Positions 1-13,336 are shown, numbered from the whole stretch's first letter. The stretch is 63,469 nucleotides of DNA, filler included, from Bigelowiella natans CCMP2755 (GCA_000320545.1; 5 parts of 5 records of this genome joined end to end with filler, not necessarily neighbours in it), one strand, 5' to 3'. The notes: generated by a model not told the origin, from the letters alone. Made by a program: numbers and translations.

Positions 1-258
1 TAACCCTAACCCTAACCCTAACCCTAACCCTAACCCTAACCCTAACCCTAACCCTAACCCTAACCCTAACCCTAACCCTAACCCTAACCCTAACCCTAAC
101 CCTAACCCTAACCCTAACCCTAACCCTAACCCTAACCCTAACCCTAACCCTAACCCTAACCCTAACCCTAACCCTAACCCTAACCCTAACCCTAACCCTA
201 ACCCTAACCCTAACCCTAACCCTAACCCTAACCCTAACCCTAACCCTAACCCTAACCC
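1..258. repeat. Telomeric repeat array (TAACCC)43, i.e. TTAGGG on the minus strand; chromosome end
   Basis: Perfect TAACCC hexamer from base 1 to 258, with the C-rich strand at the 5' end as expected for a left telomere. Confidence 0.99.
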
Positions 259-455
259 TCGGTTTTTGCGACCAGTTTCCCTCACTTTGACCCTCGTTTC
301 GATCGTCACTTTGGTCGTCAGTTTGGTCGTGGCCCAGCGGAAAACCTGACCCTGACCCCAAGACCAAGACCCTGAGACCAAGATCCTGACCCCAACCTTG
401 AGACCGCAAGACCCAAACTCCAGCCCCAAGACCTTGACTCTGACACTGACCTTCA
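259..455. repeat. Subtelomeric degenerate telomere-variant repeats
   Basis: Run of TGACCC/AGACC/GACCCC/TGACAC variants (for example ctgaccctgaccccaagaccaagaccctgagaccaagatcctgacccc) next to the telomere. Confidence 0.65.
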
Positions 456-1378
456 CTGTGTCCGTCCACGTGTGGAGTTTCATCCATCCAGCAAGGTGTT
501 TGCGCAGACACATGGATGTCATTTTCAACGTGCAGGATGACTGTCACAATGCCAGTCAACTTCACGTTGCAGCGCACAAAATTTTCTCACGAAAAGCAAT
601 TGTGCAAACCCGCCATCCATCACCAAGACAGTGCGCGCGCGCAAGATTCATTGGAGTGATGAGATTCAGATGCTTTTCAGTTGTCAGTCCGATCTGAAAC
701 CTCACATTCAACTAGTTTTGCAACAACATGGGAAACATGGAGTCCAATTGGCACATCTCAACTCTCATCTGTTTGCACGGTTGCACAAGATGGAAAGCAA
801 TGCTGTGGCGGCAATGTGCGACTAGATGATGAAATTCTTAGTCGCAGAATTTGATGATGAACAGTGGCACAAGTTGTGGATGAACAACTGAAATTAAGCG
901 TTCAACTGCTGTCCATTTTGTTGACGCTTTGGCACTAACTACTTCGAATGAACATTGTTGAAGCAGCAGATGGAGAGAATGAAGAAAAAAAGGGAGAAGG
1001 AGAAAGTGATAATTGCAAAATCATGATGTTCAGCCATGATCGTATGGTCATTCTGTTACTAAAAAACTATCGCCATCGGATTTTTCGCTCATCTGAACGC
1101 AAAGATGAAAAAGAATGTCGACGTTTAATCTTGTTGCTGAGTTGGGGATCCGTGCATGATACTTTTTGTCGTCTTTCGATGGATCATAGTGATGATTGCC
1201 ATGAAAATGGAAATGATGATTACAGCAAGTAAGTGTAAACAGATTCTCATTTGCATTTCCAAGATATTTCTAATGTAAATAAGTAATGATAGTTGCCATC
1301 TACTGCTGCTAGTACGACTACAACTTTACAAGTGATTTTGAATGCACGGCGAAACTTCCCTATCATTATGCATCCCAA

Positions 1379-2650
1379 TTATCTAGATATCCATTTAAGA
1401 ATAGATGTGCGCTTTGATGATGCCCCCCTTCCCTGCATGACGTCATCATAGATGTAAGTAGGCGAGACGCCTCTTTCATCATCGTCGAAGTAATCGCCAA
1501 ATCCTCCCAGGATGTCCCCACGGATCCTGTCATCACCATTCTCTCATCAGTACATAATATTCGACTCGTGTTCCCTTCCTTCCTTATATATGTTTTCCCA
1601 AGCAAATAACTTGAATTCCTCGTGGATGCCATTTGTCATCATCATCATTCTCCACAACAATAACAACAACAACAACTACTACTACCACTACTACCACCTT
1701 GGAGCTTCCTTAATAGCGAAGATTACAAGGGCAGTCTGCACGAACCCAGTTATTGCTCGCCGTAGACGAGCAAAAAGGCTGTTTTTCCTCGTCAGTTGCA
1801 TAGCTCGATATCTGAGTACCATCAGCATGCGGAGAGGAAGGAGGGCAGGGAGGAAGTCATTGCATGTAAGCGATTTGTGCGTCATTACTTTATTCCCTTT
1901 ATTATTCTTCTTCTTCTTCTCAGCTGCCACCTTTCATAGTAGCGTCTTGTAGCTTCGTGTAGCTCCGAGAGGCCTTCTGTAATAAGACACCGCCTACATG
2001 ATAACAAAGGTATTATCACTAAGTAGATATAGTGTGTATCACCCTTCTACTGGCTGCTACACGCGTGAGAGAAGACACAGCGGTAATGAATTAGAAAGAC
2101 TGTTGTCCAATTGTAGCAGTAATATAAATAGTTGCTGTAGCACTTAGTCGCTAGCAAGTATCTTTACTGCTTACTACCGAAGGGCTGGTAAATCACTGTG
2201 TAACTCGTTTTCGCTCTCCGCTGTTCCCCATGGATACTCACGCCCATGAATCAATTCTCCTGAAATGATTGATTGATTAGTTGCATTGATCATAATCTTA
2301 ATATTGTTCGCTATGAATACAAACATCATCTATTACAACTTGCAATGGATCATCTACAACCGACCTACCTCTTGAATTCTGGTGAGAACGAACTACATAC
2401 GGAGACGATATAATAGCGAAGGGAGAATGAAAAACTTTGATGCCTAGAAATTAAAAGTAGTAGTCGATTGAGGAGGGGTATCATCGAGAGTAGTAGTAGC
2501 AGTGGGGATGGTAGGAATGTAGTGTGTGAAATATCATATGCAAAGCATATGACAACCACGACTCTACCTGTCGCCTTGAGCTTCTTTATCACGGTCGATC
2601 TGGTATATAAATAGTAGCAATAATAGTAGTATTTGTTGTAATATTTCTAG

Positions 2651-2682
<32 letters not shown>

Positions 2683-5439
2683 ATAATTATAGTACCTAAA
2701 TTCAGCCAGTTCATCTGCTGTCATCGTATCTGCTTTGGCGAGGATGGGTATGATAGTCGCATACCCTTGAATGCTTTTCAAAAATTCAAGATCGACGGTT
2801 TTGCAACGGTGGGGAGAAAAGAAGTATCTACACTCAACAGCAAACACAAGAAAGAGAGAAAGAAAGAAGAGATACAAGTAGTTGTCAGATATAAAAGAAG
2901 TATCTACACTCAACAGCAAACACAAGAAAGAGAGAAAGAAAGAAGAGATACAAGTAGTTGTCAGATATTATTCACTTATTCTTCAATTTGTCGTTTAACT
3001 TCCTCAGCATTAATGTGTATGATTTTTTGAATGATTGGTATGTAACAGACAAAAAGAGAGTTTCTAGTCGTCGTCATCGACATATATGATGATGATGATA
3101 ATGCATCGCTGTAGGTAGTACAGAATTGCATCCACGCCAAGAGATGTATCCAATGAGTGTCTGTCCTGTCGTTCGATTTGGGTCTGTAATAGTCGAAGAA
3201 GGACAGTAGTGAATAATCATAAGACGATCAATACTAAATCTATATCATCGTTCTTGAAAGTTAAACCACATTTTCCTTCCCTCCCCCTCATCTACTTGTT
3301 CAATTTTGTTTCATGATGAGAAGTATTTAACAAAATCAGAATATTATGAACATCATTACTTTCCATAATTACGAATAGTTGTAATTTTCTTCACCATAAT
3401 GATTGCTACCGCAAATATAGTTTATGTGTGTAAATACATTATTGTACCACCTCGCGCTTAAGTGACTGTTGAAACTTGGCTTCTAGGTAATCTTTAACGT
3501 AGCTGAAGCTTTTTCGGATATCCATTCCATCCCCATACCCTAATAATGATAATAAAAATAATAATAATAAATAATAATAATGGGTTATTTACCGATAATC
3601 ATCATGGAGTACCATTAATTATTAGTAGGAGTGGTGGAAAGACGATGAATTACACATAATACTATATTGTGATACACAGATAGTCAATTATCCTAAATAT
3701 ACTCTGACGGCATAATAAAAACGAAAACGACCCTCCTATGAGATGCTCTTATGGCTGCACTTATTATGTTTTAATCATCATCATCATCATCATGATCGAA
3801 AGTAGTACTAAAACTAACCAACCCGGGGTATCAATAAGATGAACCGTAATCGGGATGCCATCGCATTCAAATTTAACACTTGTTTCGACGATTTTCACAG
3901 TTGGTTTGGGAACTGAATGAACGATCGGAACCTTTTGTGATGATGGGAAGAAAGAAAAAGAGTCAGAGATGGTGTTGCAATTTAATCATCCTTTCCTTGA
4001 AGCCATAACTGAATTAGGAATTTCCTTTTCCCCATTACTATTCCTTCTGATACATACCGTGAAGATGTTAGATAGAAGGGTTGACTTTCCGACTCCAGAC
4101 TCTCCGACACACATTATCGTCACAGATTCGCCTATATGTAAGAAGGAGAAATAACTAATTATTGAAAAACAACTTTTGATGAAAAAATTCTTTCCGACGG
4201 ACTAGAGTAGGATGATTGTTTACAAAGCGATGAGATTCGGTGATAGCACAAGCGCGCTGCACGAACCATGGCTCTCTAAATCCTGAATACGTTGACCCAA
4301 CAAGCCCTCGCGTACACTTAACTGAAATGAGAGGAGGGAGAGTTAAGAGGTGAGAACAACAAGCCAATTATCAAACCCACGAAAAAAAACACAACAAGAA
4401 GATAACGTAGGCACTGTACTTTGATAATGCGTGCTATTTATTCACTAACCACCTGAGCAGGGATGGCATCTGAATCTAAAGCACTGTTGCTGGCGCCGTT
4501 GGACACCCGAGCTAAGGACAACAAAGATGTGAATTATGGAGGAAATATTCCATAAACAAACTTAAAAGTACATATTGATTATTGGACCCTCCCTCTCGGA
4601 ATATGGAGAGGTAATGATGTATAGTCGTCTATGTACCAATATCTTGACTGCCTCCCCCCGCACCCCTATCGTAGATTCGAGGACTCGCTGCACCTCCTCC
4701 AAGTGGAGTGTGCACCTTTCAAAGGACGGGGAAGAAAAGAAGGATGCGAAGCTAATTATAACATTGGGTGTGAAGATGGTGTTACGAAATTAATACCTGA
4801 GCATTTGAAGCGCCGTCATCGTAGTTTGCAGACCCATACGAAGAGGGATGATGATACGGTGCATAGTTGGCTGCTGCGCGTGGTTGGGAATAACCCATCA
4901 TCCCCTGGTCATCACTATTGTGTACCATGCGTTTTGACGGGTTCTGGTGCATAAGCGGGGAAGGAGATCCTAAAGACGACGCATTATAGTACTATGTTAG
5001 CAAACTTGTGTATTCCTTAGACCCATATCGTAAAGTTGGAATACAATTGCGTTTCCTACTTAGACCCATATCGTAAAGTTGGAATAATACAATTGCTTTT
5101 CCTACCATTGATGTCATTATTCTGGCGAAACTTGTTGGACCAGTAGTTAGCTCGTAAGTCACTCGGGGAATCCTGATACCATATGATTATTTCCATAAGC
5201 AATATGTTCAATGCCTAAATCTCATTCGGGTGTAAGTACATGATTATGAGAAATATTTAATCTATGAGAACCCCTCCCATTGAGCTTGCAAGAGGGTCCG
5301 CCGTCACGTGACTCAAGCCATCATTTCTCAATGGATGTCGTGTAGCCAGAACCATCAATAATATTGTGCAAAATATCATTGCAAAAGCTCTTGGCCTTAC
5401 TAAGCCTCGATCTCTACGGCGCATCATATTAGGTCCCAT
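1379..5439 (-). CDS. Septin GTPase (multi-exon) with N-terminal signal-like leader, Arg finger and C-terminal hydrophobic segment
   Basis: Hand-spliced GT-AG exons stay in frame. Motifs: G1 GESGVGKS (4082-4105), G3 DTPGYGD, YFFSPHR, G4 AKAD, PFAII, septin-unique element GREYPWG...HSDLPALR...YYERYR. ATG at 5439; stop at 1379-1381 (last exon less certain). Confidence 0.92.
2817..2968. repeat. Tandem duplication of 76 bp spanning a septin splice acceptor
   Basis: aaaagaagtatctacactcaacagcaaacacaagaaagagagaaagaaagaagagatacaagtagttgtcagatat occurs twice with a period of 76. Confidence 0.9.
5016..5105. repeat. Intronic tandem duplication (about 42 bp period) in the septin gene
   Basis: cttagacccatatcgtaaagttggaata is present twice. 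Confidence 0.85.
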
Positions 5440-5542
5440 GAAGCGTCGTTGTATAAATTTGGAGAGACCGTTAATGGGGTAAGTAAGTAAAAGTAAGGTT
5501 TCCCGCCACCAGCCGGCTAATAACCTGGATGAGCTTAGAATC

Positions 5543-5633
5543 ATGTTAAAATAAAGGCTCTTATTTGACAGAGACAACCAGCAACCAATCCTATAATTAT
5601 GTTAAAACAAAGGGCCTTATTTGACAGAGACAA
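5543..5633. repeat. Direct repeat of 35 bp (period 56) in the divergent septin/mucin promoter region
   Basis: atgttaaaataaaggctcttatttgacagagacaa versus atgttaaaacaaagggccttatttgacagagacaa. Confidence 0.8.
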
Positions 5634-5840
5634 TAACAGGTGTCTTTCAAACGCACAATTTGTAAAATATACTTGCCTTTCATGTCAACGACATCTTGTA
5701 ATTATGTCGCTATAAATTTCATCAATACTGATGCCACAGATACCCAATTACACTCACATTGCTCGCAAGTAGTAGTCGCATGCCTTCATGGCAGTCCACT
5801 TTGATATGATCGAGCCAGAACGCAGCACAAATTGACCAAT

Positions 5841-7837
5841 ATGGAGGCTGGAAAGGGCAGCGTCATGATGGCAATCATTCTACTGCTTACAAGCAGCGAA
5901 ACACAAGCGGGTTAATTTTACATCCACTCATTTGGTCCAAACGACTAAGATTATAATAATTTCGATTATTCTCTCCAGATACCTCACAGATACGAGACCA
6001 TTTATATGGTGCTCAACGTAACAAACTCCAAGATTTCTGTGTTCCAAATGTAATTACCACTTCCTAATTGCATCCCTTTTCTGGCTAAATTGTTCTGAAC
6101 TTTCCATCGCAGGTTCTGTTAGCTTTTGATAGTAATATCGTGGATACTGAAGATGACGTATTGAATATTCGAACTGTGGTGGAGCCTTTTAGCGTCCTCT
6201 CTCTCGCCACAACGATTTCGCCAGGAACTCTCAGCATATCCATGAGTGAATCTCAGGCTCAAGCATTTCTTCTGGGAGAACAAGAACATGGCGAGATGCT
6301 CCCAAGACTCGACGAGAGCGACAAACAATGCCTATACCAACACGTCAACTCTGGGGGCACTTTTTTGATTCATGCAGATAGCGATAATAGATTTTCGGAT
6401 GTTTTAAGCCAGGTCTTTGGAACACAAAATGCAAATTACGTAGACGAAGGCCGTGAAGCTTTCAGAACAGCAGCTGCGAACGATTCTCCTTTTCAGTCAG
6501 CGGCCACGATTTTAGATAGACACCAAGCCGTAACTGCTGTTAATGCATCAAGCCTTCCGAATGATGCCTTCATTTTCTATGAAGGAAATAGGAATAGGGA
6601 GGAAGGTTGGGTAGTTCTAATGCCATTTGGTAGAGGAAATGTACTCATGGTTGGACATAGTTTCGCAGCAACAGCCGATGACCAAGATTGGAATGAAATT
6701 GAAAGAATTGGTATCCGACTATCATGTGATTATATTCCGCAGAGCTGTCTCGCTGGGGTTACCAATGCTCCAACTGGTTGCGAAAAAACTATTTTTACTT
6801 TTCACAATATGTCATAATTTAGTTTCAATGTCAGATACTCCTTCTGTATCTCCGTCTATCGGGCCATCAACGTCTCCCACCTTTTCTCCCACGGAGAATC
6901 CATCCACTGCACCCTCCAATACGCCATCAGGAGCACCTTCGGCATTCCCTACCAAGGCACCTTCAGGCAGCCCATCTGTGTCACCGTTTGCAAGCTCTTC
7001 TCCATCGATATCCCCATCCTTCTCCCCAACTAAAAGTCCATCTAATGCTCCTACTGGTCAACCAACTCCATGATAGTGCATGATTGTGTGTAAAAATTAG
7101 TGATAATTAGACTAATATTTGTTCGATATTTGTATAGATGTTCCCTCTACCTTCCCTTCCGCTACCCCATCAAGCGGTCCCTCAAATTCTCCGACAACTG
7201 CCCCTTCAGTACAGCCTTCAGCCTCCCCAAGCTCCATCCCATCTCTTGTTCCGTCAGCATCTCCGACCACTGGCCAGCCTTCACCAAAGCCCTCCGTAGC
7301 TCCAACCTTTACCGCCTCTCCAACCCTAAATCCTACTGATGTTCCTTCGTGTGCTCCTACTTTTTCTCCTAACTATGGCCCCACCATCGCTCCAACGCCC
7401 CAAACGACTTCTCCAACCAATACAGCGAGTCCAACTTTAACACCATCACTAAGCCCTTCCACTTCTTGGCCATCTTCATCACCAACAGTAACCCCAACAA
7501 TGTTGGGTTGTAGCATTAGAGTTACAAAACACTCATTGAACAGTGAATCCTCAAGGTAAAACAATTTTTCAGAAATCATTACCGACCACGTTTTTATCCA
7601 AACTTCAATTGAGAACCATATATGCATTTTTAAATTGGTTAATATTCTAAATTATGAACATGGTCTATTAGATGGCTTGCAAGAGAGACTGGTGAATCAT
7701 GCAGTGAACCAGTGGATGAGGTGTTGGTTTTCAGCAGAACACCGAATTCTGATGCAGATTTGAGTTTGAGAGAGGTCTTAACACTTGCATCGGTGTGCCC
7801 AGCTAGCTTCATAAACAGCTCCAGTCTTGCTTTTTAA
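5841..7837 (+). CDS. Secreted protein with a class-I-glutamine-amidotransferase-like globular domain and a Pro/Thr/Ser (PTxSPT) mucin-like stalk
   Basis: Signal peptide MEAGKGSVMMAIILLLTSSETQA; six in-frame GT-AG exons. Globular domain LYQHVNSGGTFLI...WVVLMPFGRGNVLMVG; two exons of PS/PT repeats; stop at 7835-7837. Confidence 0.75.
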
Positions 7838-8900
7838 GCAATTGGCTTTGTTGGATACAAATTTATCTGATAATTGGTGCCGCAGCACGCGCCGATCTCT
7901 CGTCATGCAATGTATGAAGGCCGCCGCCCTTGTCAATGTCGACTATTATCTAGATCATAGCTGCACCGATCAGTGTATGCAAATTTGGAATGTTACAGTA
8001 GATGTATATGCATAGGCAATTTATGCAATGTAATTGATTACATCATCACGCGCTGCAACAATACTGGCGTTGCTGCGGCTATGTGAGTGCATGCTCTGTG
8101 TAATCTGTGCATGCTAGCATGAAGATGGCACATTCTAGCATTGCTAGATTGGTTTCTGTGCAAACCTGATTCATAGCTAGATCTAGAGATATAGAGATAA
8201 CTCGATAGCCTAAACTAGTGAATAGGAGTGTTCGCATAGGATTTTACCACTTTTTTGATGTGACATCGCTAGCTAGCTAGCTAGATCGAAAAAAACAATC
8301 ATGAGCAGCCAAGCCTAGCTAGCTAGCAAGAAACTTTGGAACTTTGTGACTCCATGACTAGGTGACATCGGAGACTCGTTCATTCGCATCAGAATTTAAT
8401 TTGCAAGCGAATGAGCGAACGAACCCTCGCAAGCAGCTTCCGAAACCAGCTCTAGAGCTAACAAGAGCTAGAGAGCTAGAGAGCAGAAGTGATCAAAACG
8501 TGCTAGAGTGGTGCAGCTGGGTAAAATCTCGAGTTAGTCACGATCAATCCTTCAACTCAGTCGCAAGAGTAGTAGGACCGCACAACACACGTCATCTAGG
8601 TTATTCGATATTATCTAGATATCTAGATATTTCTAGATTTGTAAATTTCGCCAGATGCGTCAAGGTGGTACACAATGAGGTGCTGGCCGCAAATACTAAA
8701 CACAAGCTCACGCCACGTCGCATATGTCTAGATAACGGCATGTGTGACATGGTGGAGCACAACACACTTCTGCCTCTTTCATTAGCATATATAGATATCG
8801 TGGCGATCTCCTAATGACTAGACATTTACAATGCAGCCGTGTGTGTATGAAGATGTAGCATTCTAATATTTTTCATATGCAACCTATATTTTTGCTTATT

Positions 8901-8919
8901 GCTCTCTCTCTCTCTATAC

Positions 8920-8992
<73 letters not shown>
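8901..8992. repeat. Compound microsatellite (CT)n(TA)n(TG)n, representative of dozens of SSRs in the window
   Basis: Directly visible. Similar (TA)n, (CA)n, (GA)n, (AGT)n and (CAT)n tracts fill most introns. Confidence 0.95.
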
Positions 8993-8996
<4 letters not shown>

Positions 8997-9239
8997 GTAC
9001 ATATAATAGCGTAAGTTCTTAAACTGTGTTATGGCCTGAGCACAATACGCTGATGGGGCAAGCGACTCGCACAAAAAATGATGGTACAAAATATTGCAAA
9101 GTGCGTGATGTACGCACATGTAAAGTCTGCTAAAAGAGATGACAAATCGTTTATGTAAATATGTACTGAGCATGAAATGCATACATGAAACTTTCATCTG
9201 AATCAAATCATGATGTGAATTAGTTCTGTTCTGTACTAT

Positions 9240-10292
9240 CTAAGACAACTGCCCCGATTCCTCTTACTGATCTCTTCTTTTTCGTCCCTTTCGAACCTCG
9301 TCGTCCTAGGAAGTAAGAACAGTTATGATGAGTCAATGATGAGTCAATATGAAACATTCAGTTGAGAAAATACCTCTTCTACGTCCGTTGCTGCTTGCTG
9401 CTTCCTCTTCGATTTCTTCAACCAACCCTCCCTAGTAATTGCACAATGTTAGCTATTTTTTGGAACTGACAACACAGGTTCAATTATTATTTTTCAATTT
9501 TACCATAAAGTGCTGATCATCATCATCTCCATCGTTCCAAGCACCTCCTACATCGTCTACATTGGCATCGACGTCCATACTAAACATACTATCTTTACCC
9601 ACATCTGGAACCTGGTGATATTGTGAAGTTGTTCATTTTATAATGTAATTAGGGGAGGCAACAGTGACTACTCACGTCATATTGGGGTTTTAATATCTTC
9701 TTCACTCGACGAACTTGTGTTTTCTGTGAGATAAAATGTTAAAGAGTATTTAGATATAGAATAAAAATCAGACGTGGACAGGTAGGTAGCACAGTTTTTA
9801 TTCGTATCACATACATCGTCTCCACTCGGAGACATTCCAAGCATCGAGAATGGATCCAGTGATCCACCACCACCACCACCACCTTCGCCACCATTGGTTC
9901 CGTTGGTTTTACTAAAAGGTGGGTTGGCAGTAGCTGTTGCAGCATCGTGAATCTCATCATCAGTCTTCGAAATTAGCTTTGCAAGGCTTGGTGGCAAGGT
10001 CGTCTTCTTTGGTTTAGGAATCTTTAGTAGTTGGCGAGAAGGAGAAAAAATATGTATTTCTTAGAAATTTAAAGTCTCTCGAGCAATTCGATTGTAGCGG
10101 TTGATCATAGTGCCTCCTCTCAACTTCCGATTGGTGTCAATTAGCTAGCGTCATGCCGTCATCATCATATCTACCTTCATTGCTCCTCGTAATGGAACTT
10201 TAATCCTGGAGCGCTTCTTTTTATGCTGCTGCTGCTGGTGCTGCACCGCCTTCCTTTGCGCTTTTGCTGCTGCTGCTGATGAAGTAGAAGTG

Positions 10293-10327
<35 letters not shown>

Positions 10328-11341
10328 GGGCGATGTTGCAGTAGTAGTAGTTGTAGTAGTAAGAGGAGGAGATAGCAGTCCTTGAGGAGATGTATTGTCG
10401 ATCATTTGCTGTCTTCGAAGCTGCCCTCCAGAGTGATTTCGGACTCTGTCTCCAATATTGATATCACCCTTATTATTTTTTACGAGCTCCCCGTCATCTG
10501 TCACAAGAATACACGTGCACTTTTAGTAATTTGTTTCAACACAGAATTTCGTTTAGTTGGAACTAAGGAGTCGCCACTTACGCTGCCGCGCTGTCAGCAA
10601 ATTAGTCATGTGCTGTTTAAGACGATCCCAGTTGATTTTTCAAGACTACCCCAATTTGAGTCTTCAAGATTCACCCAATCCGAGCCGCTGTTCCATAAAC
10701 AAACATGAACGATATGGATGGGGAACCAAACAAGCCGTAACTACCTAGCCCCTTCCAAGTCCACATCTTCTTGAGCGATGTCATCATTTTTTTCCTTAAG
10801 ATATCGTAGGTATATTAATTTGAGCGATTGTTTTAAACTCATAAGATGTTGGGAATAGGGAAAGCTGTGGTTCATTCCTCTGTCTCAAGGGGAATATAAT
10901 TTACTCAATTCGAATATTCCTACTACAACCTTTTTCTTGCAGCACATTCGTACGCAGCGCCTAGTGACATATCCAAGCGTATGAGTAATATGCAGAGGGT
11001 TTAGAATGAGCTGGGTATCGAAAATAGTAACCTGACAACTTGAAATAACCTCATCAAGGCCGCGAGGGGGGGCACTTCAACGTCGGCTCAGTCCTGTAGG
11101 GGAAATGAAAGGAAGAAGGAATAAATGACAATCGCGATTCAACGGGTTTAAAGGATCTCTTACTTAATATTTTAGGATGTGCAAATTCAGAGGAGCACAA
11201 CGTGCGTACCAACCTTCGAGAGGGGGGGGGTGAGAGGAGCGTCTCGTCCGACGTGTTCTTGTTTTTGTAGTTGTGGTTGGGATTGTTGTGATTCGTGTTG
11301 CGATGATGATGTACTGCGATGATGATGTGTTGCGATGACAT
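9240..11341 (-). CDS. Hypothetical low-complexity protein (multi-exon, ends uncertain)
   Basis: Chain of minus-strand open segments (MSSQHIIIAV..., TDDGELVKNN...poly-T/A/Q, PPSLAKLISKTDD...) with plausible splice sites; no recognised family. Confidence 0.4.
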
Positions 11342-11797
11342 TGCGATAAATTGCAATTTATGAAAACAATTATAAGATGTATGTGGCGTATGCATCACAT
11401 GTTGCAGTTGGACAATCAATGATGCGATTTCTAAAATCAGCTAAAATCAGTTTACTCGTGTCTGTGCTATTTAGGATGACATGTGCACAAAATAGATCCA
11501 GTCTAGATCCATGCTGTATTCCTCCCCCACCACCGGGGATTAATTAGGACATGTAAATTTCGGGAGACAATAATCGGACACTAACGGACACCAGTACCTA
11601 GCACCGGGGATTCCCGTGGCCCATTAGAAATGATCATTTGTGTTTAGAAATTAAACATCATTCAAATACTACTTCAAAAGGGAGAAGGAGGAGGAGGAGG
11701 AGGAGGGAGGAGGAGGAGGAGCGTAGGCTCAGCAGTCTATGGGAGGAATGCCTACTAACACCCTTCCATAGCTGAGTGCTTCACCCCTCCTCTTGAA

Positions 11798-12609
11798 ATG
11801 GCAATCTTTGATACTATTTGGTGTACATGGTGCTTTATCTTCTTTCGGGTTACTAATGCCCAAGTGGAAATGAACAGGAGAATCGACGAATGCCTCAATA
11901 TTACACCGCGAGTTACGCATCGTACACTCTTATTTCACAACCAAGGTTATGTTCGTTATAGAATTTTCCAACGAAGCTCCACTGTTCACTAAAACTTGAT
12001 CTTTCTGCACACAGGATACACACAGATCTCTTCCTACGCAATTATATATGTGGATGCCTTGGATAAAAGAAGGATAGTCACGCCTGTTACGAAAGTTCAG
12101 GGAGATGGGGGGGGGCGAGGGAATGGTGGTATGGTGCGGCTAGTATGTGACGGGCATATATTCGAGTCCCATTCTCCTCCTCCTGTCGATTATAATAATA
12201 CCACCCAGCAGCAGCAGCAGCTACCAGCTAAGCCTTTGTTTGCTAGTTACCATAAGAGCTCGTTCGATCACCACAAGGGTTGGAGCAATCGTGAGAGAAA
12301 CAGAATCCACTTCCATCACGTACCCAGCTTTTTGATAGCGCTGCTCGAAGATGATGACTACAACCATGATGCAGGACCAGCATTGAATCCTTCTCATACA
12401 CCAAAATATGGTGCTTCTGGGGTTGGGTTTGCTTTGCTTTTAGAGGACGCTGTTCGGCTTGACGAAGGTGGAGAATGGTCCGTGCGCTCCTCATTACCTA
12501 ACGCTGATGCGTTTCGCGACTGTACCCTAAGTTTCCTTCAACCATTGAGTAATGAAAAAGAAAGAGGAGAGGAAGAGCTTCTGGAACTCCACGATGAAGA
12601 TCGTTCAAA

Positions 12610-12644
<35 letters not shown>

Positions 12645-13336
12645 CCAATTTTAGAAATGCTACATCTGAAAATGTTGAAAGAAAAATTGGATCGCCTCAC
12701 TTTTCTGCAGCCTCCTACACATGCTGTGATGACCTCGCAGAGGCAGAGGAAGAAGTCTTACCGATTCCGTTTCACGTTTCCTCATCATCAGCATCATCAT
12801 TGCCGTTAATAAATTCATCGTCTTCATCATTTTCCTCGAGTTCTCGGCCATCATTGTTCCCATCATCATCCCCACCCTCCTTGTTTTCTCCACTTAATTT
12901 ATCATCATCGTACGGCAAGAAGCCCCACCATAATCCTCAAATAATTACAAAAGTAGTAGTAGCACAACAACAATTAGAAACAGCAAAAGGAGAAGAGCGG
13001 TGTTGGGGGATGGTAGGGGATATAAAGTTTTCCCTCCTCCTTGATGACAGCGGCTATAGAGCTAACAAACACGGCAATGATAAGTTCTTCGAGAAAGAGT
13101 GGAGGAACGTGCAGGATCGCGGTTATATTGATGATGATTATGAGAATGATGATGATAATGAGGAAGATGCCAATGGTGGTGATGATGATGATGATACCGT
13201 AATTTGGAGCCCACTACTTCTGCAGCTTCAGAAGCACCATGAAGCCCTCATTACGACGCAACAAATGAGAAGGACTGTAACATTCTCGTCACAGCATAGT
13301 AGCAAAAATCACAATGACTCTACTGTCAAAGTAGGC

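Noticed and set aside
398-1232. Subtelomeric ORFs of 64-99 aa
   Set aside because: They have no motifs, derive partly from variant repeats, and show no convincing splice structure.
8362-8814. 150-aa ORF in a CTAG-rich spacer
   Set aside because: It has a non-ATG start, no motifs, and a composition matching the non-coding spacers.
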